A stretch of 64,000 nt of DNA from the human T2T-CHM13v2.0 reference genome, Homo sapiens. Both the position numbers and the translations under genes were made by a program. The stretch lies in NCBI RefSeq assembly GCF_009914755.1, contig NC_060926.1; one strand, given 5' to 3'. Of this stretch, positions 49,081 to 61,010 are shown one piece after another; the stretch's first letter is position 1, and every line of letters starts with the position of its first letter. Below the pieces are notes generated by a model. The model worked only from the letters and a program-made list of their open reading frames with translations. It did not search any database and was not told the origin of the DNA.

Positions 49081-51445
49081 ACTACTATGCTACATTGCAA
49101 TTCATTTTTTTCTTTAAATACAAAAGAATATTTTAATTACTGTTTTAGAAACTATAAAGCTTATATGTATAAGCTTTGGATTGGATTGGATTTGGAAATG
49201 AGACTGTACCAAACAATGGCCAAAGAAGACTCATCCATTCTAGGCCTTCTCTTTTGCCTGGTAACTCAGAAGTATAATTCTATCTCATAAGCATCAGTAC
49301 TCATAGGCCCAGTTAGTTACTTACAACATGGCCGTTTTCTGCAAATGGATGCCACATCTCTTGGGCCTGGCTGGAATACTGATATTCCGTGCCATGTTGT
49401 CTTCTGACCGACACCACCCATTCGGTAGAGAGACTTCACTGCCTGATTCCCACATCTCATTTGTTGCTAGAGAATACTGTGACTGGATGTTTTTCCTTCC
49501 ACCTGTCTCATGATAGGGGCCTGACCCACTCAGCCAAGTAACTGCACATGATTCATGGATCTTTCAAGAAACAAATTGCTGGTCATTTCAGACTCACGTC
49601 TTACAAACTGATAAAGCACTTGTAACGCAGGTCTTCAAACATGGCTTCTATTTTCTTTTCTTAAAATCTAATCTTTAGACTCTTCCTGATGCTCTAGCTC
49701 AGCCAGTGTCCAGCTAGGAAATCAATTCCAGTGCACTACAATTCACTTAAAAAATGTAAATTTGGTTGACATTCTGACTTTTTGGCAAATTTTAGTTCAT
49801 CATTGACTTTTATATTTTATGATACTATTCTTTTAAGTTTATGCCTCTCTTGTATCAGGTAATAGTCTTTCCTTCCTGCAAAATTCCAAGTCCTTTAAAA
49901 ATCAAATTTTGTTGGTGAACTCCCTATGTGATATTTTAGTTAAATATCTCACTGTGACCTCCCCTTTTTCCTACTACAGTTCAAAAGTCTTCTTTTGTGT
50001 TTGTATGTGTGTATATACATGTAAATGCTGGCACTGTTTTCTAAGCATTTCCCACACAGAAGGACATATTTTCCTTTGCCCTCCTATGTGAACTCCATAA
50101 GCAGAGAAAGGGCCCTGGTTCCCATCCTAAAGAGGTAACGGAGAATTCTCTCTGCAGCACAAAAAGGAAAAAGATTTATTATTCCCTGGATCCTATTACA
50201 TACATCTGCTGAACTCCCCCATGGCTCCGGTAAACTGCAGGACTGTTGATTAGCGGGCCCTCCCAGGCCTTCCAAGCTGCCTGAGAGCTGGCCAGTCGCT
50301 GCTTCTTGCTGGTGGTTGGAGGCACGCCCACAGTGTCTGCCTGGAGGAGCCTGTGAGCTGGGGATATCTGCAGAAACTACCAATCTGAGCCATTAAAGAA
50401 AACTGGTGAAAGAGTGGTGTTAGAAAAGAGTACTCATAGTTTTCTACTCAGCAGAGGACTAGCTCTCAAACTCTTCTGTGCAAAGTCAGATGCTGGCCTG
50501 TGGTGACTATGTGGCAGTGAGAGAAAGAGGCAGGCTTGGGCACCTCCAACAGGACCATACAGGGACTGCTGTGCCTGAAGTGAGCCAAGCTCTCGCTCTC
50601 TGTGGCACAGTGCCCTTTGGGAAAAGTCATCATATGGTCCAGAGGAAGAAATGCATCCTATCCTAGACTTGGTACATAATACCATTTTATTCAAGTACAT
50701 GAGTATGAAAATGCATTCAAATAACCCATAATAAAACTTTGGACAGTCAATCAGGGTTTTTCAGAATATATAGATAGATTTCATCTGCAGAGCCTTCAAC
50801 CCTCTGTGGACTATGTTTCTTTTCAGAGCCCGTCCATGACATCATAGTTGCTCATTCAATGAACATTCTGATATCTTATTTCCTAAACATTAAGTAGTGT
50901 GTACATATCTACAAACTGCCCTGCTTCCTATGGTTCCTTTGATGCTGATTTGCTTCTTTAAGCCTTCCTTCCTTCCAAACCATGAATCAGGTCCTTCCAG
51001 AGGCTAAGAATTAAGTTCACAATTAAGGCGACTCCCTCACTGTTTCCTCTGCTTTCAGAGAGGGGAAAATACTTCCAGGACAAGTCAAGAATTTATCAGA
51101 TGCTCTGCTTTCAGCAGCCTGAAACTTTCAGCAGGAACACGATAGCCGAAATCCCATGCCACTTCTTCTATTGAGGCTTCCGTTTAAATCAGGTGAGATT
51201 AATCATCCTCCCCCTGTATAGTCTGGTTCTAGTGTTATTTCACATCCCTCCTCATCTGTGCTTTGAAATGATATAGAATTTTTTTCTATATCAACAACTT
51301 CACAAATTTCCAGTTTGCTTTCAATTTGAATGTTATCCCTACAGAACATTAGAAAGCACTCAGTGTTTAATAACCTAATAATTTAATATGCTGCCCTCAA
51401 ACTACTACGGTCTCTTCCCTATACTTAAGACTTGGACCTAAGATT

Positions 51446-51533
51446 TGTCTCAATAAATTATTCAGCTACCATCACCAGGGCCTTTCAGCTATGATATGCC
51501 CTGGTGATCGTAGCTGAATCATTTATTGAGACA
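51446..51533. repeat. Inverted repeat, 36-bp arms (2 mismatches), 16-nt spacer
   Basis: tgtctcaataaattattcagctaccatcaccagggc versus the reverse complement of gccctggtgatcgtagctgaatcatttattgagaca. Confidence 0.97.
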
Positions 51534-51699
51534 GCTCTTATTTATTGATTATCCACCATGTGCCAAGTTCCTACATAACACAGTCAGTCCACACAGAAAT
51601 GTTATATGTTAATCATGCACATCTAGCTTGCAAATAAGATAAAGAGACTTTAATAAATAACATAAACACAGATCTGACTATCTTTACACCATGTCATGG

Positions 51700-51920
51700 A
51701 TAAGAGAGATTCTACAGCCAGATGGAACCTGGGTCACTATACTATTTATTAGCTGTGTGATCTCGGGTGTGATGCTTAACCTCTCAGTGACTTGGTGCCC
51801 TCATATGTAGACTAGAGACAAGAAGAACAATAATGTGGTTTTATGAAGGATAAATAAGAGGTGAAAACTGATAGAATATGCCTGCTACCTAGTTAGCTCT
51901 CAATAAATGTTAGCTGTCTT
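51700..51920 (+). mobile_element. MIR
   Basis: tattagctgtgtgatctcggg..cttaacctctc..gctctcaataaatgttagct. Confidence 0.8.
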
Positions 51921-54900
51921 CTGAATTTTTATTTGTACTTATAAATCAATTTTTTCCATAAGGCTGGTTCTTAGCATTATAGATGTAAATGATCACTTTG
52001 GGAGGTGGACGCTGATAAAGAGTATTGACTGGGTTCTGTGGCTTTGCTTCCCACCAAAATGCCTCTTGCAAATTATGCAAGACAGTACCTTGCATAATAA
52101 ACATTTGAATATTTGAATAAACAAGACTTCAATTTTTAAGATATCTATGTTTGGAAATACCCACAAAGAACAGGGCTCATATTGAAGTGCATGGAGAAAA
52201 CTCTTGTCATAATTTTCCATTCTCTCTATCCTCTATTAGCATACTTATCGTCTTCTTCAATCTATAAGTAAATTTGAAAAATAATGGAATTCAGATTTAT
52301 TTATGAAAATGAATCTGCTTTTTCGTTTAGCCCAATGGGCTCAGTTGGTAATATTTCCCAAGGGGTCCTTTTAAGATTCTTAAAGTAAACATATAGTTAA
52401 AACTCGCACCACCTTGAAAAATAAGCATAAGAGCCTTAATTGCCTTTTTCTTGGCATACATCAATTTCTACACATAAAAATGCAGTACTGAATAACAGCA
52501 GTAAGCCAAATTTCTTTCAAATAGCACATCTATGTGAATAGTAGCTGTCCATTATGTTTCTTAAAATCTAGGAGGCTAAATCATATTTGTGAAAAGAAAC
52601 TTTATAATAAAATTTAAAAAGCCTAATTCGTGTGCAAAGAAAAAAGGCATAGAAATGTTTCTTTTTAAATTAATACAAAACCTTCCCACATGCTCCAAAA
52701 CAGTAACAATTTGATGTTAAAATAATTCATTGTATAGTCTTTTATGATAAAAATTTTAGAAAAAAAATAATGAAGTGTAAAATATAAGCAAGATAGGAGA
52801 GGAAATTTGGGGAAATTTTAACTGATCTATTTTTTAAGTAGAAATGGACAATTCCTGAGATAGCCCTGTTTTCTCTTTGGCCCCCTTTCACAAATAGTCT
52901 CATGGACTAATACTACCTTTAAAATACAACTGCAATATAGACTCTCTGAAACCCAAATGCTGGGGGTAGGGCCAGGAGAGAACTGAGAACACAATGGAAT
53001 CTTGAATGGGATCTTGTACCCCAGTAACGTTAAAGGACTTCTGAATTCTATGACCACTGAAGGTACTCAGCACTTTAAGACCTGTGCATTTCACCACCCG
53101 ATAATTTTATTTCAATACAAATGAGATAGTTTTGTAAATCTGATGGGTCACTGAGACGTGAATGCTGCTCAAGGCCATCAGATAAAAAGCCTATCAGGAG
53201 GAAGTGTGATAGCCCTGGATATGTGTGTTTTGTGGCTTCATCCTTAGAGCAACACTGCTGTATGATGACATCCCAGAAAGATCATAGCTCTTATCCTAAG
53301 TGTCTCAAGAGGCAATCTAAGATATTGCCAGAACTCAGCCAGCCATCAAGTAAAGCTATGGCCAAAAAAAAAAAAAAAATGCCTATTGCATACCTTCTAT
53401 TTCAGCAATTAGGCCTCTAAGTATTCATCTAAGGAAATAATCTAAATGTTTATTTAAAATGTGCACAAATAGAAGGGTGCTCGCTGTTGCACCAGACATG
53501 TGATGAACCTAAGACCGGATGGACCATTTGATGGATCTGCTAGACTTGTGGCTAAGGGCATCCAGTGTCTCCTTCCTGAGTTTATATCATGGGGAAGGAA
53601 GTCTGAATGGTGAACAGTGGCATACTGTGCAGAGCTGTATCAGATGAGAAGACGAGAGGCCGTCCTGTGTGCTGCATGGCCTGACCTGGTGTGATTCCTA
53701 CAGAGAAAGGAGCAGGAGGCTAAAGGGGATGAGGCTGTTTCCAAACATGATTTGGGAACTGCTGCTCTAGTCACCAAAATCCCACTTTGGGGCCCAGGAG
53801 GGAAAGGCATGTTCCCATCATTTTCTTGGACAGGAAGCAAGGTGATTGCAAACCAACAGGGGCTACATCCTGGGAACAAGGCACTGCAGAACTCTCAGGA
53901 TAAGTAGTTCTGGAACACTGTAAACACAGAATACAGCCCACTGGTTGGGGCATCAGAATTCCTGTGGGGGTGCCCCGAGTAGCAGTCACAGAGAGGGGCC
54001 TTCGCTAAGCTGCTTTCAATCCAGGTTTGTGTGTGAGGATGTGTCAGTCACAAATGGAAGAAGATGTTTTTATGACTGTACATACGAATGTCCTGGGAAC
54101 TTCTGAAATAACTAGGGGGAAGTTTCTTGTGGGGAAGAGTGAGCAGAGCCTCTGTGTCTGTTGGGAGTGGGGAAAGATGGAAAAGAGCCAGCCACACTCA
54201 GTTTCTTAATGTGACCTAATCTGACCCCAGAGGCAGATGGCTTAGGGAGACTTGGGGATAATATTTATAATACGGTAAATTTGGAAACAGATAAAATACC
54301 CAACACTAGAGCATTGGTTAAGTGAATTATCACACATCCATACAATGTGAGGTGGGGCTATGACTCAATAAATGTGTATACTTTCTCTGTATTTCACAGC
54401 CTCACTACATTCATTCTCACTGTTACCCCAAGGGAACTGCTAGACCTCAGTGAGCAGAGGCAATGCTCAGAGAAATTGACTGCCAAAGTAAAGACAGAAA
54501 TATTCATGTTTGCAGAGGCTGCCCTCTTTTTTTTTAACAGCAAGCAAAGATGAGAAATACTATGGTGAAGGCAAATTGGGATAGGCAGGGGACCCACTAT
54601 ATTGTGCCTTGGGTTAAGAACTTCCCTAGGCATAGACTGACCACAGAATTTATGATCGAATGTGACAGAGGGCGTTAGCTGGATGAGTAACTGGGACTCA
54701 GAGAACCTTACTTTGCATGGGGCTGGTTGATCCTAGGCCACTGTTACAAACGGATCATTATGTAACCATTAAAGTGACAGCATAAAAACACACATCATAA
54801 AGTGGAAAGGTTCCACTGTGACATTACTAACAATCACGTTACAAAAAGGCTTGTACTGTAGGATCCCATTAAAATAGGAAGAGGCATAGAGAAGAATGAC

Positions 54901-55359
54901 TGGCGTGTAGATGCCAAAAAGAATGATTATTTCTGTATTAACTGTATAAAAGGTTATTTGAATTCTGTGGTTTTCCATCTTTCTATTAATGGACATTTAT
55001 TGCTTGTAAAATTAAAGTTTATATTAAAATGTGAAAGAAAGTTAGTTGACTTAGGACCAAAAGTACAGCTTATATGTGGCACTAGCTGCTTAATTTTGAA
55101 ATTCAATTTCTAGACCACCTTTGGAATCATCACTACAATTTTACTGTGGACTCAAATGATGATTTTCTCAAGGGCATGATCTGTATCTTATTTCATCTCT
55201 TTACTTTTTTGGAGGGGTTAGAATAACCCAGTTTGTAGCTGTGATGTAGGTTAGCATGTGGCTGCCTTCCTGGGTAAATCAAATTGAAATATTCTACTTT
55301 GAGTCTTGATTCTCTAATGCAAAATTGATGGAAGTGCCAGAGTGGAGTAGACCCAATAA

Positions 55360-55540
55360 TGATGACAACTAATGTTTATGGAATGGTTTCCATGTACCTG
55401 TGTGCCAGGCACTGTTGTAGGCTCTTTGTGTGCTTTATTTAATTCTCACAATAATCATATGACATAGGAACTCTTAACATCCCTTGTTTACAGATAAGAA
55501 AGCTAAGCAGAAAGATATGCAGTGACTTGTCCAAGGTAAC
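55360..55540 (-). mobile_element. MIR
   Basis: tgtgccaggcactgtt..ttacagataagaaagctaagcaga..tgacttgtccaagg. Confidence 0.8.
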
Positions 55541-57126
55541 TGAAAATATGTAATCTACTCTTGATCTGCCATGGCTTTGATGAAACTAGCAAGCCACTCT
55601 TGAGTTTGGCAGAAAAATGACTTAAAATAATTTTCAGTGCTTCATTATGGTTTTAGAAAATGATTTTTAAAAAACTTTAATATATACTTTTGATAACTCA
55701 TTTATAAGATCCATACGTTTGGCTGCTCATCATAATTTACACTGTGTTCTGATGTTATACAGAAGAGGGCATTAAAATGATAGTTCATAGCCCTTATTTA
55801 ACCGCCAGGATTGGTAATTTTCATTTTGTCCTTTAATCTATTGGGTTGGTTGACTCATTTGTTATAAAAACTTGATAACATTTTAGTAAATACATTTTTC
55901 TGCTTTAAAATTTATAATAGTTGATTATTATGATTAGTATTTACAGTTGCTAACTTGAAGAACAAACATAAACTAGGCAAATACAGGGAAAATATTATTT
56001 CACATTCTTTGACTTTATTGGCTGCAGAGATGGGAAAACAGCCCTACAGGTGCACCTTTGTCCACCTGTGGGGCTTAAACATCCAGCTCCCATGAGCTCT
56101 TTATTGAGGCCATCAGAAACACAGGCCTGTGACTATGATTCCTTTTAATGTGTCTTTGGGCTCCAAACCATAAGACTTCTCTCCAATCACTCTGTCACTT
56201 AACTCTAAATCCCACTTATACCATTTCATAAATTTAGTTTCTCTGAGGATCCTCCTCCTCCTCTGCAGGAGGACCAATTTAAATCATCCTTAAATCATCA
56301 CATTAAACACTAGCTATCATTGGCTGCAAGGGAACCAAGAAGTATATTATACCAAGTCTTAAAATGCTGTCCATGCCTTTTTAATTTTACCATAAAATCA
56401 GAGATAGCTATTTGATCAGGAAGGATTTAATGAGTTTACCTTTTAAACTAATGGACTATAATGGGCTCCTTAAATTTTGCATGTAAAAACCCATGGGTTG
56501 GGAAACTTTCAATTTCTCCTTAATAACTCATCACTATAAATCAGATTCCTTTAATATACTATGCATCAACATTGCAATGAGCTCAGAAGGATCTGGTACC
56601 ATTTTCTTCCTGATGTCTCAGCCACAAGGAAAGGCTGGTTTTTTTCTGAAAGGTAGTACTCAAAGCAATTTCATTTTATTTCCCTCTACAGAAGATATCA
56701 GATATTTAATTAAGCACTCCCATAAAAGATCTACCCTTAGGTATTTCAGAATGACCTGTTCCTTGAGGATTTCCTTGGTTTCTCTCTTGCTAGAAAAGAA
56801 ATTAAAAGACATAGATCGTAGGGTTTGTCATGGTACATTCAGCATATATTTTGTAATTTTTTTTTATAGCCAGTAGTTAAATATTAACAGTAGAATGCAT
56901 TTATTGGATCATTTCTCCTCCAACTAAAATATAACACTAATGATTATAATGATGATGACATTACAACATCCATAATGATGATGACAATGCTATTATAAAA
57001 TAACGTTAACTTGATCCTTCTCCAAAGCTTTGCATTTCTCTAGATTTCTAAAATAAGAACAAAAAAGACAATAAAACACAAGTGATTCAAAGGACAGTAT
57101 AATGTAAATAACAATGCTTTCTGAAG

Positions 57127-57191
57127 ATTCCAAGTTTAGAAAAAGCCATGAAAAGAAATTCCAAGTTTAGAAATAGCCATGAAAAGAAATT
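57127..57191 (+). repeat. Tandem duplication, 31-bp unit x2
   Basis: attccaagtttagaaa(a/t)agccatgaaaagaa twice, 1 mismatch. Confidence 0.95.
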
Positions 57192-59012
57192 GCTTCCTGA
57201 ATTACATAGTAAATCACAATCTGATGCCTAAAGGCTTTTGACAGTGAAAGGTCTACACATTGCCAAATATTGGGATGAAAGCTTCATGTTTTCAAATACC
57301 CAGTATCAAACAAAACAAGGATATTCCCAATTCATCTGGAGTTGGCACCATGGTAAGTCACAAATGATCTGGTTTAACTTCTTAAACAAATGATGAATTT
57401 ATTGTTTCATTTCATGGACCTACAAGCCATAGTCAAAGGGAGAAACAGAAATTGTCCAGCTTCTTTTCCATCAACCTAACTAACATGGCAATTCACATAG
57501 CAAAGTGGATTTGCAGTGACAAGAGAGGAAGCCAATTTACATGTATGGGTGGAATGGGAGTGGTGATACAGCCTTCTTGGTCTGGGGGATGGAGAAGGGA
57601 AAGAAAAATGCACTTTCAGGTAGAGCACTCCCAGGATGTGTTCACTTCAGCTAAAAATTCATCAATTACCCTGCCACAGAGAATACCAAGATTATAGTAC
57701 AGCATATAATTAAAGAAGGTGGAGGCGCAGAGGCCCTGGCAGAGACTGTGTCTGTCTATCTTGCTTTGAATGTGTGTTCTACACAGCAGCACATGTAGCT
57801 TGCTGGAGTCTGGGCACCTGGAGAGAAGGGTGGGTGGGAGCCACCGCTGACAGAGAGTCATTCACTGAACACGCAAACTAGCTAAAAGAAATTAATGTTA
57901 ACACCAATCACAAGATTAAATACACAACATTTGATGCAAGATCAACAGCGGGATGATGGTATAGCTTCTGAAAACAGGTGGAGTTGACCTTAAAGAAATC
58001 AGATCAGCAACGACAGACAAGAAGAACAGAAGAGACAAAGGGCAGAAGAAACAGAAGGAAAGAAAAAGATAAAGCAAAAAAAGAAAAAAATGAGAAGGAA
58101 TAAAGAAAATATGATCTCTAGAAGATGACATCTATACTTCTACAAGACGATGCATCAACTCTAGGGAAATTTAGGGCTTATATGAAATATAGAAATTTGA
58201 CTCAAAGTGACTGGAAGATGCTGAGTCTATTTTTCACACAGCTCCAGAATGAGCAGTAAGTATCTGCAAAGTTATGAAGAGAGGCCAAGTCTTGCTTGTG
58301 TCTACCTTAGTTATCAAAGGGCAGAAAAGGGACCTCTGTGGCCTGGATGCTGTTGCTGGTTGAAATGTGCATTGCTGGAGCCAATTTTAAAATCCAAGTA
58401 GCAAGTTCATGGTTCCTTGGCTACTGCCTGCATACCTACATTGCCCAGCTGACTGGACCACCAGGACCCACCGTATTCCCCTCTCCCCCTTGCCATCTGG
58501 CCTTTTCATGATTTTTTTTCTTTTAAATTAAGTTCCTATGCTATTTCATGGCAGGAAGTTTTGTGTGATGTATCTATGCCAGCTCTGAAGTCAGACTGTT
58601 CACAACTCAGTTTCACCATTTCAATCAGATAGTTATGTGACCAAGGGCAGGTTACTGGTCCTCTCTGAGGTCCTAGGTAGGAATAACAACACATTCCACA
58701 GAGGAGGAGCTGTTTGCTCATTTTGCTTTCACATACTAGAAATGTTCACAATTATTCTCCATCCTACACCATGTGTTGAGTACTATCTGTGGGTTACAGC
58801 ATCATGTAAAAAGTTAGGCAGAGAAAAAAGGACCCCCTTTTGTTGATGGACTCTACCAAAAAAAAAGTGGGAGACAAAGGGAAAGCTGATGGCCAAGAAT
58901 TAAGAAAGTTCCTGTAAGAAAATTCAACACTTGCCTGGGGGTGCTGTGTGTTGACTTTCCATAGCATGAGGCCTGGTTCAAGGGACCTGAATGTCATGTT
59001 CCATTGAGAGCT

Positions 59013-59140
59013 TATATATATATGGAAGAACTTATATATATATATATATATAAGTTAGTTTATATATATATATACGTATATGTATATATATGTATATATA
59101 TATATGTATATATATGTGTATATATATATGTATATATATG

Positions 59141-59183
<43 letters not shown>
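59013..59183. repeat. Long interrupted (TA)n/(TATG)n microsatellite
   Basis: Direct reading, about 170 bp. Confidence 0.97.
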
Positions 59184-59185
<2 letters not shown>

Positions 59186-59809
59186 AAGAACTAGGTTGTC
59201 CTTTGAGGGCTGGGTCCTTCTGCTCCTCATTAGCTCAGAATGCACCTCTCTATTCTCCTTATTTAAAACTGTATTAAACTGACAATTCTACTTGATTGAG
59301 ATCCTGATCTCCCTTGTGGCATTTAGGCCTTAATGTATGGCACTACAGTTAAGTATCATCAACTCCCAGCCCACTAGTGTGAAATCCAAGAATCAAAGTC
59401 CATCATCAGCAGGAAAGACATTGACTGAACTGTATATATTCCCAGAGAGGATCTTCTCATCCTTAAACCCTTCCTTGGTTTTTCTCATCCTCTCACGAAG
59501 CTTTATCTGCCATTCCTAGGTTGATGAATCCTCAAAGTAAGCCCCACAGGAACCTCATGTACCAAACTGAACCCTTTATCTCTCTCTCCAATCTCCTCTG
59601 TTGTGGAGGATCCAGAAACTAGGGTATAATCCTCCTTCTCTAAGACATGGAGACCTCCTTCTCACCCAACACTCCCACCTGAAGCAGGCCCTCAATCCTG
59701 TAGATTCTCCCTTTTTAACATTCCTCAAACATGTGTCCCACTGCAACTAATTATAACTTTTTTCTTTATTGTAAGCTGGCTTCTCAGATTCTAGGATAGC
59801 TCAATATAA

Positions 59810-61010
59810 CATCCCCATAACAAATATTTATCGAGTTGTCCACTAGGTACCAGAAATATGCAGGTGGATAAGTAAAGAGCCATTGCAATGCTGCTAGGAC
59901 ATGAGTATATGATGCTATTGGGCATGCACAGGAGGGATATCTAACCTAGTCTTTGATAGCTCAGAGAAGGCCTCCTGGAGGTAGTGGCAATCATCCCGCC
60001 TTTGAAGGCTGAGTGCAGGTGTGTTAGCCAGGTATAGCATCAGTTGATGTTTCCTGGGCCAACATCAATTACCTATCTTTGGGAAAGAGTATCTTGACTT
60101 ACGAGGAACCTCTTCCCCTACCCTACAAGTCACTGTTCCTGTGATTTGGTTGGAGCTGACTCCAATACAGCACCTCCACTCCTCCTGCTTTCCAGGTGGG
60201 AATGTAATGCAGGTTTGGCCATTCGGTGCATTCCAACCCCATGGCCTCAGTGACTGTTTCAGAGATGAGCCCATGACTCTATCAGAGTCAATATCAGGAC
60301 TTTTGCTGGGAGGTGCTTAGTTTCCACGGACATGACTGCGAGCCCAAGATGTAGGTCTAGAAATGTTGGCCATTATTTTGCTACCCTGTACTGAGAGTCT
60401 GCCTGAGAACAGAGCAGAGAGATGGACAGAAAAAGACACCTGATTCTGATGACACCACCTGGGTTCATGAACGCAGCTATGCAGGGAGCTACTTCTGAGT
60501 AAATACACTGCCAGAACCAGTGTGAGTTAGGTTTTCTGCCATTTGTAACTAACAAAGTTCTTACTAATGCATTAAGGAGGAAAAGAGTATTCTAGGAGGA
60601 GGGAATCATACATGTAAAAGCTCAGAGACCAAGAAACTTTGACCCATTCTATGTACAAAGTTCTATGTGACCAGAGAGTAGGAGAGAAGAGTCACTTGGA
60701 GAAGAAGCTAGAAAAGTTAAGAGCCAGGCTTTTCCAGTAGAATGTTGCTCTGCCAGAGTCAATGTCATAAAATGCAAATGTGATCATGCAATTCCTCTCC
60801 CCTGCTTAAAATACTTTAATGAGACCCCAAAGGTTTTAGGATGAAGTTCAAACCCATTAGCTTGGCACCCAAGGCTTTTGATGACCTGGCTGTTCCTTCT
60901 CTCTCTGGACTCATCTCCCACATCTCTCCCATGGGCAACCTGTGCTCCAGCTAAATTAAACTACTTGTAGTTTTCCAAACAGGGCATGCTGTTTCATGCC
61001 TTTGTGCCTT
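59810..61010. mobile_element. L2 fragments (interrupted by MLT1)
   Basis: caaatatttatcgag..agagaaggcctcctggagg; tgatcatgcaattcctc..gcttaaa..tcatgcctttgtgcctt. Confidence 0.65.
60040..60571 (+). mobile_element. MLT1K/L-like solo LTR
   Basis: ggagctgactcc..gatgagcccatgac..gagttaggttttctgccatttgtaact..cttactaatgca. Confidence 0.75.

Noticed and set aside
59004-59282. YI/IY-rich ORFs
   Set aside because: Translation of the TA microsatellite.
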